Virus record (IMG/VR): IMGVR_UViG_3300034220_000029
Coordinates: 526-64,525 of that record
DNA from: a virus
Strand: one strand, 5' to 3'
Length of the DNA stretch: 64,000 nt
Shown piece by piece: positions 18,224 to 28,311 of this stretch (positions within the stretch are counted from its first letter, which is position 1; each line of letters opens with the position of its first letter). A model generated the notes under the pieces. The model had not been told where the DNA came from and did not search any database. It saw nothing but the letters and a program-made list of their open reading frames with translations. The translations under genes and the position numbers were made by a program.

Positions 18224-19069
18224 TTACGGCTTGAGCGGCAGAATGGCCGACAGACGAATCTTCGTCCACGAGTTCTTGCCCTTCGATGCGGCCTCGCGGA
18301 TGAAGTAGATCGTGAACGGGTCTTCAGGCAGCTTGTAGCCAGGCAGGCCCATGGCGACGCACTTCGCAGTGGCCTCCAGGTCGTTCTGGTACTTGCGGAA
18401 GGCCGGGATGCTCGACGACGCCAGCGTGATCTGGATCACGCCCATGAAGTCAGGCTCTTCCTCCGCGCCCATCGCCGCCACCTGCGTGTCGATGAACTCG
18501 CGGCAGGAGGCTTTGTCGAAGTCCTCCTCGGTGCGCAGGTACTCGAGGTATTCCTGCACGGGCTTGCCTTCCCAGGCCTTGTTCTCCTCGCCGACCACGT
18601 TGTCGATCGTCACGCCGTCGCCCGAGTAGGCAACGAACGCGCCGCTGGAGGCGCCTTCTTCACCTGGCGACACCTCGAAGTGACGGTCCCAGGCCAGCAG
18701 GCGGCCCTTGACCCACTTGCCGAGCACAAGCTTCTCGCCGTTCATTTCCTTGATCACGCCGTCCCCAGCCTTGAACACGCGGTGGCTGCCGTACCCGAAG
18801 TCAGCGGCGCCCTGCATGGCCTCCACTTCCTTCTTGAACTGCTTGGCCGCGGCTGCCGCTTCGTTCACCGCGCCGACGCTGCTTGTGGCAGCCTTGGCGA
18901 TGGCGGTGCTCGTCACCTCGGCCGCCTCTTTGGCGTCCACGGTTGGAGTTTCTGCAGCTGCGGCAGGTTGTGCCGGCTGCTCAGCGACTGCGGTTTCGCC
19001 AGTGTCCGGCTCCTGCTCGAAAGCAGTTGCAGGGGTCTTGGCTTGGGATGTTGGCTTCTTGAGTGCCAT
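18224..19069 (-). CDS. Replication-associated protein, putative ssDNA-binding
   Basis: Disordered Ala/Glu/Pro N-terminus and beta-rich core next to primase; function inferred from position. Confidence 0.5.
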   Translation of the reverse strand: MALKKPTSQAKTPATAFEQEPDTGETAVAEQPAQPAAAAETPTVDAKEAAEVTSTAIAKAATSSVGAVNEAAAAAKQFKKEVEAMQGAADFGYGSHRVFKAGDGVIKEMNGEKLVLGKWVKGRLLAWDRHFEVSPGEEGASSGAFVAYSGDGVTIDNVVGEENKAWEGKPVQEYLEYLRTEEDFDKASCREFIDTQVAAMGAEEEPDFMGVIQITLASSSIPAFRKYQNDLEATAKCVAMGLPGYKLPEDPFTIYFIREAASKGKNSWTKIRLSAILPLKP

Positions 19070-19106
19070 AATTTTCATTTCCTTTTACATTGACATTAAA
19101 AATTGC

Positions 19107-21980
19107 TCAGGACGCTTTCGTCTTGAACATCTCGACGCCTTCCATGACCAGCTTTTCAAGGCTGAACCGGAAGACCCTCGTCTGCCCGCTGACACGCAGC
19201 GGACTGGACAAGCACAGTTTGTCCATGAGCGCAGGCGACTTGCCCATCGCGCTCATGAACGAATCAGCGTTGGAGTAATAGGGCGTGAAACCCTTGCGTT
19301 TACACCACGCGTAGTATTTGACGAACACCTCTCGCATGCGCAGCTCGACATACCCGTCACGGACCAGGTACTCGTCGCCTTCGCGCATTGCGAACTCGCC
19401 GTCGCTCGCCTCGGTCCTGGAGATCAGGCCGATGTCGTTCAAGGTCTTGGCGGCTTCGCTCATGGCCATCACACTGATGTCAGCCTTGTGCTCGTAGATC
19501 GACTGGCGCAGCACATCCATGTCAGCGCGCAGCGCGTCACCGTAAACGGTGCGCAGCACGCCGTCGAGGTAGTTCAGGCCCTCCAGCACGATGGCAAGGT
19601 TGTAGACCTGGCGGTCGACGACACCCTTGTCGAACGAAGCGCGCAGCTCGGCCCGGATCGGCTCAAGCGCCGCGCGCCGGCTTGCCACCGTCTCACGGTA
19701 CGAGAACTTCAGCAGGGACCTGCCAAGGCTGCTCATGTGCTCCTGGCCAGCGACAGCCTGATCGAAGAACTTGGTGTTCTTCGTCGAGTCGTCGGGGTTG
19801 AAGCCCACCGGCAGCGACCGCTGCACCACCGCCGTTTGCATCTCCTGCGTCTCAGCAAGGAATGCGATCGGCGTCGAGTACGAGTAGTCGGTGATGTCGC
19901 GGAACGACGAGCTGGCGTTGCCTCGTGACATGCCACCTGAGGACCCGGTGCCCTGGTTGTAGGCAAGCCTGAAGGCTTGCAGCAGCAGGTCGGTGCGGAT
20001 CGAGCCCATCTCCGTCGGCTTGTACTCATCGAGGATGAGCGGGATGCTGGCGGAGCCCGTAAAGGCGGCCTTCAAGGAGAAGGCCGTGGTGGTGGTCGCA
20101 CACGATTTGATGACGACGTCCGTGGTCAGGTAGAACATCCGGGCGAACAGGCTCGTGGTGAGCGTCTTGCCGCAACCTGCAGGGCCATTCGGGTGCAGCA
20201 GCGGGAACTGCTGGAACGCCTGATGGTAGAACTGCCGGTGAAAGCACGACACAGACCAGCCCAGCATCTGCGCCACGATCGTGGGGTTGTTGACCTTGAG
20301 CAGCGCCCGAATCCAAGCCAGCGAGTCCGGCGTGTTTTCCAGAGGCTTGGCGTTGTGCACGTCAGCGTAGAAGATCGGCCGGGTGGAAACGGCTGGCTGG
20401 AACACGTAGGCCGCGTCAGCGTTCTCGGTGAGGACGCTGTCGGGGTGAACCCAGACCACATCCTTGATCGACCGATCTTTGATCAGCGGGTTCTGGATGA
20501 TGTCCAGCCCCTCTTTATGCAGGGCGTACACGATACGTCCTCCTTTCTTTGCGGCGCGCGACAGCATCAGCTGAACCGCGCCGGCTTGGGTGTCTGTGCC
20601 AGAGAAAATGCCGCCGTAGTCCGAGCAGTAAGCGCTCAGGTTGGCGCGCGACGTGAAGGACTTGCCTGGGATCGAGTGGCGCCCGGCGCCGATGCCGTCG
20701 CACATGACGTCGGCCTCGATGCCCAGCACCTTCAAATCCTCAGCGTCCATCATCAGCGTCGGTTTGCGGAAGGCGATGTTGCTGATGGTCTTGGCACCCT
20801 CGGCGGTCCGCTTGTGGATGCCGGTGGTGGTGATCATCAGGCCCTCAAGCAACGCCGATTGCGCGGAGTTGATCTCTTGGGCAAGCTCTTCGGTGAGCTC
20901 CTCTTCCTCCGCCTCAGGCACGCTGCCAACGCCTGCGCCGGCTGACAGGCCGTCGAGGTCGCCGGTAGGCGAATCGACGTCGACCAGCGAGCGAATGGCG
21001 CCGCGTGAGTAGCCGTAGCATGGGTTGTCGTGGGTGTATTCCCACATCCGCCGCAGCTCCTCCTTACGCTTGCGCGGGGAGTTGTAGCGGGCAGAGTCGC
21101 CCTCATGCGTTTTGCACAGCCCTTCGGCCGCCTCGACGAGCTGCTCGGCAGACTTGCCCAGCGCGTTCGCCGTGATGGCAAGTTGCATGGACAGCTTCTG
21201 GAAGCCGACGCCCGGGGCAAGGCCCTCACCGCGCATGATGCGCTCGATGGTGGGTGGGAACTGACCCTTGAACTTGGCGAGGAGCGCCGTGTCGGCGCTG
21301 CCTTTGGAGCGGCGCTTCAGACCCTCTTCCATCTTGGTCTGGCACTTGTTGAACATCGCCGCGAGGGCGGTGCTCATCTCAGGCAACTCACGCTGTGGCT
21401 CCGGCGTCGGCTGACTGCAGAGCTTGTTGTAGAGCTCCACGGTCATCGACATCGCGTCGTCAACAGAGATGGGCACCTTGTACATGCCGTTGCTGCGAAC
21501 CACGCCAGGCGTGCGCCACATCCTGCCGCGGCGCCCGGTGTAGACCCGCAGGTCCAGGGTGTCGACGACCATCTGCATGGCCATCTCGCGGTAGATGTAG
21601 GGCAGGGCGACGACGCCGGCCTTGGGGACCTTGGCCATCAGCACCACTGCGGGCACCTCAAGGTGGAAGCCTCGGCCGCCAGTGGCATAAAGCCGCAGGC
21701 TGCGCAGGTTCACGCCAAGGTCTTGAAGATTGGTCAGGAACTTTTGGAACTGAGGTATTGTGGCCTCGACGTTCTCGGCGTCCCAATCAAAATACAGCGG
21801 ACCGCTGTACTTCATCTTGGCGTATTCGTCGCGATCCCAACTATCGTCGGGTGACGAGTGAGCATCGAGGACGGTCACGAAGGCCGGCTGACGCTCACGC
21901 AAAATCTTCTCTCGGTGCTCGGACAGGGCCTCAACCCATGCGTCCTCGCCTCCGGTCATCTGATACCAGAAAAAACTCAT
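19107..21980 (-). CDS. AEP primase-polymerase fused to P-loop helicase/ATPase
   Basis: YFDWD and TGGRGFH (AEP motifs I/II); C-terminal GPAGCGKT and LILDEYK. Confidence 0.85.
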   Translation of the reverse strand: MSFFWYQMTGGEDAWVEALSEHREKILRERQPAFVTVLDAHSSPDDSWDRDEYAKMKYSGPLYFDWDAENVEATIPQFQKFLTNLQDLGVNLRSLRLYATGGRGFHLEVPAVVLMAKVPKAGVVALPYIYREMAMQMVVDTLDLRVYTGRRGRMWRTPGVVRSNGMYKVPISVDDAMSMTVELYNKLCSQPTPEPQRELPEMSTALAAMFNKCQTKMEEGLKRRSKGSADTALLAKFKGQFPPTIERIMRGEGLAPGVGFQKLSMQLAITANALGKSAEQLVEAAEGLCKTHEGDSARYNSPRKRKEELRRMWEYTHDNPCYGYSRGAIRSLVDVDSPTGDLDGLSAGAGVGSVPEAEEEELTEELAQEINSAQSALLEGLMITTTGIHKRTAEGAKTISNIAFRKPTLMMDAEDLKVLGIEADVMCDGIGAGRHSIPGKSFTSRANLSAYCSDYGGIFSGTDTQAGAVQLMLSRAAKKGGRIVYALHKEGLDIIQNPLIKDRSIKDVVWVHPDSVLTENADAAYVFQPAVSTRPIFYADVHNAKPLENTPDSLAWIRALLKVNNPTIVAQMLGWSVSCFHRQFYHQAFQQFPLLHPNGPAGCGKTLTTSLFARMFYLTTDVVIKSCATTTTAFSLKAAFTGSASIPLILDEYKPTEMGSIRTDLLLQAFRLAYNQGTGSSGGMSRGNASSSFRDITDYSYSTPIAFLAETQEMQTAVVQRSLPVGFNPDDSTKNTKFFDQAVAGQEHMSSLGRSLLKFSYRETVASRRAALEPIRAELRASFDKGVVDRQVYNLAIVLEGLNYLDGVLRTVYGDALRADMDVLRQSIYEHKADISVMAMSEAAKTLNDIGLISRTEASDGEFAMREGDEYLVRDGYVELRMREVFVKYYAWCKRKGFTPYYSNADSFMSAMGKSPALMDKLCLSSPLRVSGQTRVFRFSLEKLVMEGVEMFKTKAS

Positions 21981-22025
21981 TGTGGCCCACTATTATTATT
22001 TTTATAGGGCTCAGGTGAGGAGCCG

Positions 22026-22529
22026 TCAGTACCTTACAGGCACCTCCGGGAATCGCTCCCTGAATTTATTCAGAGTCACACAGTACGTATCTCCCTCGAC
22101 CTGATGGTGCTCTTTGCTCCGGGTCTTTAGAAGTATTGCGTAATGAGGCACGAATTGTACGCCTTTGCCGGGAATTTGCTTGCCTTTCCACTTCAGAATG
22201 AAGTTCTGTGGCACCTGCATGAACAGGTCACGGCCGCGCCAGCGCTGAGGTTTGACACTCAGCACCACGGGACCCTGTTCGTCGATCATGGTGAGCGTGG
22301 GACCGCCGATCCGAGTCATCTCCATGTCGCCCATCAGCACCATGGAAAGGTCGCCCGGCTGCCCGTCGCGGAGGGTGTAGACCACCATCCTGCGGTTGGG
22401 AAAGCCAGACTCCAGACTCAGGGCGCCATAGCTCTCATAGACCTCACGCTCCCCTGGCAGCAGTGTCTGGATCAGCGCAGCTAAACTCTCCGCGTCGTCC
22501 AAAAACCTGCCGCTATTTTTATCCGCCAT
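22026..22529 (-). CDS. Hypothetical protein (167 aa)
   Basis: ORF overlaps helicase end. Confidence 0.7.
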   Translation of the reverse strand: MADKNSGRFLDDAESLAALIQTLLPGEREVYESYGALSLESGFPNRRMVVYTLRDGQPGDLSMVLMGDMEMTRIGGPTLTMIDEQGPVVLSVKPQRWRGRDLFMQVPQNFILKWKGKQIPGKGVQFVPHYAILLKTRSKEHHQVEGDTYCVTLNKFRERFPEVPVRY

Positions 22530-23928
22530 AAACGGCCCTTCTCAAATCTTTGTATCCTCCTTGGACACTGTTCGCCAGCTCATCATTGTCCAGAAGGTTT
22601 CTGAACATGCCTACCTGAACAGTTCCCTGCGCTATCGCCAAGCGGCAGTGAACCACGTCATCCTGGCCGTCGCGATCCAACCTCGCCACCACCTGATGGA
22701 AGGGCGTTGGCGTTGTCGGGGCCTCAACAATGAGCATATCAGAGCACACATGCTGTAGGCCGTCGACCCCAAAGCCTGCGCTCTGTGGCTGAATCTGGAT
22801 GACCCTGCAAAGCGGGTCGTCGATAAAGCGCTCGATCGCCGCGAGCTTGGCCTTCGGAGAAACGTCCCCGTAGACCGCCACCGCGTTGTATTTGGTCAAT
22901 GCCCCCTGCAGGTACTTGTTGGTGCGGCGAAAGTTCGCCACCACAACTAGCTTCTTCTCGCCAATCTCTTCCAGCGTCTCCTCGATCATGTCGAGCACCG
23001 CCGGCCGCCGGTCGGGATTTTCATCGAATTCCCCCCAGTTGACAATAATTTGTTGCAGGGCGGATCGCAGCTTGCTCGCCGAGATCGCGTCAATTTCCTT
23101 GCCGTTATCGAACTCCACGAGGCGTTCCTCAGCGATACGGTGGTAGAGCTTCAGGTGAGCATCCTCAAGGTTGTAAGGCCTTGGGGTAAAAATAACATCC
23201 GGCAGGTCCTTCTTAACCTCCCTGCGGAGCACGCGCGACGTCTGCACCTTCATGTTCTGGGCCAGCAGGTCAAGGTTCACCCAGGACGTCACGTTGTCAT
23301 ACTCGTCCTTCTCGCCGACGTGCAGCCGCTCGAAGTGCCGTTTGTTCCTGTACAGGCCCGGGGCGATGAGCTTCATATAGGCGTAGGAATCGCCAGGCTT
23401 GTTGACGGGCGTGCCGGTCAGCGGCAGCAGCGGGCGCTCCTCCGACATCAGCGCGATCGCCTTGTGGTTCTGGCTCTCGATGTTCTTGATCGCGGTGGCC
23501 TCGTCGGCAATGATGCCGAGCCGGCGACCTTCAAAATAGCCGTGCAAGTGCTCGAAGTCGTTCTTCAGCATGCCGTAGGTCAGCAGGATGAAGTCGGCGC
23601 TCAGGTCAAGCTGGAGCCGCTTCTTGGGGGCACCCGCGTAGAGCGTGGCGGACAGGGCCTTGCCCGTCTTGAGGTTCGTGATGCTGCCGAGCCACAGGTA
23701 CCACTGCACCAGCAGGATAGGCGGCAGCACGACCAGCCATTGAGCGTAGCCGTGCTGGATCATCCAGTACAGGGCGTGGTGGGTGGAGCCGGCGGTCTTG
23801 CCGGCCCCGGGGTCCCAGTAGTAGCCGGCCCGAGGGTACTGGGCCAGCTCGTTCACCTCCTCTATCTGGAAGGGATACAAGACAAACGGAAATTTGAATT
23901 GCTCCCTGACTGCTTCGTAAGGCGTCAT
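22519..23928 (-). CDS. SNF2-like SF2 helicase
   Basis: YPFQ, DPGAGKT, IADEAT, LTGTP, GFGVDGLQ, QVVARLDRDGQ. Confidence 0.9.
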   Translation of the reverse strand: MTPYEAVREQFKFPFVLYPFQIEEVNELAQYPRAGYYWDPGAGKTAGSTHHALYWMIQHGYAQWLVVLPPILLVQWYLWLGSITNLKTGKALSATLYAGAPKKRLQLDLSADFILLTYGMLKNDFEHLHGYFEGRRLGIIADEATAIKNIESQNHKAIALMSEERPLLPLTGTPVNKPGDSYAYMKLIAPGLYRNKRHFERLHVGEKDEYDNVTSWVNLDLLAQNMKVQTSRVLRREVKKDLPDVIFTPRPYNLEDAHLKLYHRIAEERLVEFDNGKEIDAISASKLRSALQQIIVNWGEFDENPDRRPAVLDMIEETLEEIGEKKLVVVANFRRTNKYLQGALTKYNAVAVYGDVSPKAKLAAIERFIDDPLCRVIQIQPQSAGFGVDGLQHVCSDMLIVEAPTTPTPFHQVVARLDRDGQDDVVHCRLAIAQGTVQVGMFRNLLDNDELANSVQGGYKDLRRAVYGG

Positions 23929-23950
23929 GTTGGTCTTTGGGAACGGTTGA

Positions 23951-24403
23951 TCAGAAGTGGGCGAGAGCCTGCTGGGCCTGCCCGAGTTGGTGGATGGGTC
24001 GGTCGAGAACCGGGTGCTCCGGCACGCGGTACCAGCGCGCCCAATAGCTCATGGTGTCGATCCAGGCGTGGCCGTAGGCCTCGTACAGCGGCATCTGCAT
24101 GTGAAGGTCCAGCTCAACGATGCGCTTGAGCACCGCGGGCGGTGGCAGGCCCATCAGCGACCGCACGAGGCGGCAGTCGGGGACCTGGCCAGCCAGCGCG
24201 ATCTCGCCAGTCGCCGGCACGAACTGCACCGTCTGGAAGACCAGCGAGGTGAAGTTCGGGTCAGGCTGCTCGCCGGGGTACAGGCCGCAGGGCCTGGACA
24301 TCCATGCGAGGTTCCAGGCCTCGCGGTCATGCTTGAGCAGCGGTGAGCTGAAGAGCCCAGTGACATCAGGCGGGGCGGGGGTGTAGAGGATGGTTTTACT
24401 CAT
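23951..24403 (-). CDS. Hypothetical protein
   Basis: Coupled ORF, 150 aa. Confidence 0.7.
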   Translation of the reverse strand: MSKTILYTPAPPDVTGLFSSPLLKHDREAWNLAWMSRPCGLYPGEQPDPNFTSLVFQTVQFVPATGEIALAGQVPDCRLVRSLMGLPPPAVLKRIVELDLHMQMPLYEAYGHAWIDTMSYWARWYRVPEHPVLDRPIHQLGQAQQALAHF

Positions 24404-24696
24404 GCAGCTGCTGCCTGCGGGGCGTTGCCAATCAGCGTCTGGCCAAGGTGCACGATCTCGCCCATCTGGCCCCCGGTCTGCCGCAGGTCAAGCTTGACCC
24501 GAGCGACCTTGATCTCGGCGTTGAGTGAGTTGGAAATTGCGTCGAGGCCCTTGCCCATCGCCTCCACGTCGGTTGCACTGATCTCCTTGCGGGCCAACGC
24601 CAGAAGGCTGTTGCCCACGACCCTGCGAAGGTCGCCGAGCGTGGAGATTTGGTCGAGGTCCTGCAGACCTTCAAGGACTGTTTTTGATGGTTTCAT
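24400..24696 (-). CDS. Hypothetical protein
   Basis: Helical 98-aa ORF, coupled. Confidence 0.7.
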   Translation of the reverse strand: MKPSKTVLEGLQDLDQISTLGDLRRVVGNSLLALARKEISATDVEAMGKGLDAISNSLNAEIKVARVKLDLRQTGGQMGEIVHLGQTLIGNAPQAAAA

Positions 24697-25255
24697 TCTT
24701 TGCTCTCTTCAGTTGTTTTGAAAGGCGGTGGATGGTGAGCTGCTCACGCTTCAAGTCAAGCAGCTCGGGGGTTAGCCGTGAGATTGGGATGCCCAGCCGT
24801 TGGGCAACGTAGGTGGGCTCCAGGGCCTGCCGGGCGCCCCAGGCTTTGAGGTCTGCCTCAGCGGGCTCAGGCCAGCCCGGGTGGGAGGCTTGCCACAGGG
24901 TGTAGGTGGCCTGGATGGCAACCTCCTCTGCTTCAGCCTTCACCCCGACGCAGCGACGGCATGTGTTCGCACCTTTGTAGAAGTGGCTGGGTTGCCGCCG
25001 CTCAGCGCACTCGGCGCAGACCTTGTAGAGCTTTTGGTGGCCCCGTGGTGACCTCTTAAATCCCCAGCGGGCCAGTTGCCTCCCCAAGGCCCTACTGGCT
25101 GCTGCACCCACGATGCGTGCGGCGGCGGAGGCTTGAACACGCGCCATGTCGTCAGCTAGCATCTGATCGAAGCAGCACGAGCACATCCACCACCCGAGGT
25201 AGTGCCTCCCCTGTTCAGTGGTCCCCCCGCAGCGAAGGCACTCATGGCTAGGCAC
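24671..25255 (-). CDS. Cys-rich putative DNA-binding protein
   Basis: Several CxxC pairs; C-terminal LTPELLDLKREQL helix; start uncertain. Confidence 0.6.
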   Translation of the reverse strand: MPSHECLRCGGTTEQGRHYLGWWMCSCCFDQMLADDMARVQASAAARIVGAAASRALGRQLARWGFKRSPRGHQKLYKVCAECAERRQPSHFYKGANTCRRCVGVKAEAEEVAIQATYTLWQASHPGWPEPAEADLKAWGARQALEPTYVAQRLGIPISRLTPELLDLKREQLTIHRLSKQLKRAKNETIKNSP

Positions 25256-26597
25256 AGGCCGCCTCGAACTGGGCGATCACCTCGGGCAAGGTGTCAGCTT
25301 CGTACTTGTCGTTGCGCAGCTCGACGAACCGCGGGTGGAACAGCGAGTGCTTGACGTTGCTTTCGGAAGGCAGCGACACCTCGTTGGCGCGGACGCACAT
25401 GATCTTGCCCAGTACCGAGTCACGGTTCTCGTGCAGGTACAGCTCCATCTCACGCTTGAAGCCCGACACAGCGACCTCCAGCTCGCCATCGAGCGACTGG
25501 CAGACCACGGAGCCGAACGTGTCGGCAGTGCGCTTGCCGTCGGTGCCCTCGCGGAAGCCAGTGATCTTCAGATCGACATCGACCTCCAGCTTGAACTTGA
25601 CCTGGTCCTTGCTGTCACCGTCGCGCCAGATGGCGTCGGGGTGCTTGACCACGGTGCCTTCGAGCTTCTGGGCCAGGACCTGCCGGTAATGCTCCATTGC
25701 CTCGGCCTTGCTGAACACAAGGCGGGACTCGATGGCTTGGATGCGCGAACGGCCGGCGGTGGTGATGTGCCCCAGCAGCGTTTGATAACGCCCCTTGTAC
25801 GGGAGCTTGCAGGAGCCCTTGACCACAGCGGCGGCCAGCGGGATCAAGTCCCACGCGTCGAAGCGAATGTCGTAGCCGACTGGAATTTCGCCATCGTTCT
25901 GCAGGCTGTTGAGCAAGCCGTTGCCCTCGGCGCGGCTCTGCAGCACCCCACCCTTCCAGACGGTCAGCTCGCCATGGATTTGGGTGCCGCGCGGCGTCGT
26001 CCACTGCACGTCCTCGGCCAGCAGGTTCAACGCATCCCGGGGGAAGGTGTTGCCCTGCCGAGTGGTGATCAACACATTGCCGTCGCTGTCGTGGTCGATG
26101 CGGGCGAACATGCCGTTGGCCTTGAGCTGGCTGATGATGCCGACAGACCAATCCCACTTTTCGTAGTTGGAGTCCTTCGGCAGCGTGCACCGCATGTAAG
26201 CAAAGTCGGGGATCAGCCCGGGGAACGCGGCGTTGGTGATCGTCGTGCCGGCACCGCAGCGCAGGTCCTTCAGAATGACGCGGCGCAGCAGCTCGCCAGA
26301 GTCAGGGCTCAGCTCGCGCAGCGAGAACCCAATCTGCTCATGGGCAGCGTTGCCGCCGATCCTGCGTGCTGCGAGGTCCGCCAACAGCTTGAATTCAGCC
26401 TCCTCCCACTCCGCGGTCCCAGACGTTGTCGGGGGCGGCAACTTTTTGATGTAGTAGTTGACGGTGGGGTCGAGGGCAAGCTTGACGATGCTCCGCTCGT
26501 ATTCGGAGAACTGGGCGACGAGCGCCTGCTTGTCCTTCTTGCCCGGCGTCAAGGCGATGGCTTCGATTTTTGCAAAGAGCAGGTTAGTGGAATCCAT
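25248..26597 (-). CDS. ATP-dependent DNA ligase, T4-type, with variant motif I
   Basis: N-terminal DBD, QLKANG (motif I), FDAWD, EGTVVK, VKFKLEVDVDLKI, LFHPRFVELRNDK. Confidence 0.9.
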   Translation of the reverse strand: MDSTNLLFAKIEAIALTPGKKDKQALVAQFSEYERSIVKLALDPTVNYYIKKLPPPTTSGTAEWEEAEFKLLADLAARRIGGNAAHEQIGFSLRELSPDSGELLRRVILKDLRCGAGTTITNAAFPGLIPDFAYMRCTLPKDSNYEKWDWSVGIISQLKANGMFARIDHDSDGNVLITTRQGNTFPRDALNLLAEDVQWTTPRGTQIHGELTVWKGGVLQSRAEGNGLLNSLQNDGEIPVGYDIRFDAWDLIPLAAAVVKGSCKLPYKGRYQTLLGHITTAGRSRIQAIESRLVFSKAEAMEHYRQVLAQKLEGTVVKHPDAIWRDGDSKDQVKFKLEVDVDLKITGFREGTDGKRTADTFGSVVCQSLDGELEVAVSGFKREMELYLHENRDSVLGKIMCVRANEVSLPSESNVKHSLFHPRFVELRNDKYEADTLPEVIAQFEAACA

Positions 26598-26985
26598 GGG
26601 TTGTCCTGTGAGTGATGTGATCAATGAAGTCGTCCATGTCGAGGTTTTCGGTTGGACGCCAAGGCGTGTGGAGGCCGTCGAGGTACTCCTCGACTTCTCC
26701 GCAAAGGTTTTCCGCGGCGGCTACCACGGTGGCGGTGTTCGACCAGAACCGACGCCACAGCACCGGCCCTTGGTTGCCGATGTTTTCGTATGCGTAGATC
26801 AGATAAACGCCGCCCTCGAACTCGGCGTAGCCGAGCATGATCTGCAGATTGCCCGCCTTTGCTGAGAAGCCGTTGGTGTTGTTCAGGGCGACCTTCCCCT
26901 CCCAGGCGAACTGGTCGGGTCGCAGCTCCGGAACTTCAGGCTGTACTTCGGCAACGCCGGGTTGTAGTTCGGCAACTTCGCTCAT
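26584..26985 (-). CDS. Hypothetical protein with 7-aa N-terminal repeats
   Basis: VAELQPG/VAEVQPE/VPELRPD. Confidence 0.7.
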   Translation of the reverse strand: MSEVAELQPGVAEVQPEVPELRPDQFAWEGKVALNNTNGFSAKAGNLQIMLGYAEFEGGVYLIYAYENIGNQGPVLWRRFWSNTATVVAAAENLCGEVEEYLDGLHTPWRPTENLDMDDFIDHITHRTTHGFH

Positions 26986-27302
26986 CGCTGTGCCCCGGTG
27001 ACTCGTCCGCCGGGCATGAGGTGTAGCTTGCCGAGTGATCTCTGGGCTGCCGGCACGGCATGGGCCCTGAGGTGTGCGCCAATCCCAAGCGACGCCAGCT
27101 CGTGGCGCCCAAGGTGTTGTGCGATTTCCATGTCAATTCCGTGAACGGCAACGATGTGGCCCTCCACAAAGTTATCGCCACGGGCTGTTGCGTTAACAAC
27201 TGCTCCGTCGATTTTGATGCCCGCTGTCCCCGGGTTGAATGGATCAAGGATGATCCATGAACCTGCGCGCCATTCGATCTTAAATTTCTGGTTTGTTTTC
27301 AA
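26982..27302 (-). CDS. Hypothetical protein
   Basis: 106-aa ORF, TTG start, coupled to next gene. Confidence 0.6.
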   Translation of the reverse strand: MKTNQKFKIEWRAGSWIILDPFNPGTAGIKIDGAVVNATARGDNFVEGHIVAVHGIDMEIAQHLGRHELASLGIGAHLRAHAVPAAQRSLGKLHLMPGGRVTGAQR

Positions 27303-27360
27303 GGTGTACTCTTCGTAAGAAGGTGACGGGCCGTCAAAAGTCAGCCCGTAGGGATTGGAA

Positions 27361-27398
27361 AAATCAAAAGTTTTCCGGGCAGTCCCCTACCGCCCGGT
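27361..27398 (-). terminator. Rho-independent terminator ending the early block
   Basis: CCGGGCGG-N7-CTGCCCGG then AAAACTTTTGATTTT on minus strand. Confidence 0.6.
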
Positions 27399-27402
27399 CC
27401 AC

Positions 27403-28311
27403 TTACAGGTGGCTAAAGGCGGTCACTTCTTCGCACGCAGGGTCTTCGCCCTCCGGCGTGTAGACCAAATACAGTTTGTTGTCCGCAACGATCGTGCAGA
27501 CCTCGTGGAGCGCACTGAGCTTCGTGGTGGCAGCAACGAGGCGCTCGTCTGCTGTCAGCGCTGCATCAAGTTCCAACCACTCGATGTCAGAGCAGGGCAC
27601 GGACCACGGATCAGGCGTCGGCGCGTCGTCGGAGGCGCAATCGACCCGGCTGCCCTGGAAGTCCCAGTAGTGCTCCCCAGCGCCGACGCTCTGGACTCTC
27701 GCCAGGTCAAGCGCCTCGTAGTATTCGCGGGACAGTTTGAAGCACTTCGGGGCGGTGTAGCCGCCGCGAACATCGCATCCGCCGTGGACGCTGACGATCA
27801 GGTGGGAAGGCTCGTGGCTGTCCTCGAGGTAGAGCTGCACGTACTGCAGCACCTGCGAGCAGTCCCAGTTGTCCGGGTCGTTGTACGTGTTGATCACGTT
27901 AGGCGCGGCCTCGTAGCGGCCTTCGTTGTGCTCGTGCTCGGCGAACATCTCCTGGATGCCCAGCCACGACTCGTCTTCGAGGCCCTCGTTCGCAACATAG
28001 GCGTCGAGCCGCTGCTGCATCACGGCGTCGAACTCCAAGCAGCCCACCATCCAGTGGTACAGGCTGATGGTGGCCAACATCTCGGGCCGGGGGACATGCT
28101 CAGGCTTGTCCTCGTAGCGCCAGGTGCTCCAGCGGCACGTCACTTCAGGCTGGTCGGCGAGTGACTTGCCGGCATTGCGCGACCAGTTCCTGCCGTAGTG
28201 GTCGCCGCTGTCGCACAGGCCGCGGCCGGTGTTCTCTTTGAGCATCTCCTCGACTATCTGGGCCGTGGTGACCCCGGTGTAGTCGCGAGTCTTGATCTCG
28301 GTTTCTGTCAT
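27403..28311 (-). CDS. Acidic hypothetical protein (302 aa)
   Basis: Hairpin + GGAG RBS; ENTGRGLCDSG and VHGGCDVRGGYT patterns. Confidence 0.85.
   Translation of the reverse strand: MTETEIKTRDYTGVTTAQIVEEMLKENTGRGLCDSGDHYGRNWSRNAGKSLADQPEVTCRWSTWRYEDKPEHVPRPEMLATISLYHWMVGCLEFDAVMQQRLDAYVANEGLEDESWLGIQEMFAEHEHNEGRYEAAPNVINTYNDPDNWDCSQVLQYVQLYLEDSHEPSHLIVSVHGGCDVRGGYTAPKCFKLSREYYEALDLARVQSVGAGEHYWDFQGSRVDCASDDAPTPDPWSVPCSDIEWLELDAALTADERLVAATTKLSALHEVCTIVADNKLYLVYTPEGEDPACEEVTAFSHL

Noticed and set aside
11089-21980. Inteins or introns in polymerase or primase
   Set aside because: No Cys/Ser...His-Asn splice motifs, LAGLIDADG blocks or frame interruptions were seen.
26900-26985. Short tandem peptide repeats (also 57640-57720 and 59930-60050)
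   Set aside because: Ordinary low-complexity linkers; no sign of a diversity-generating or phase-variable locus.
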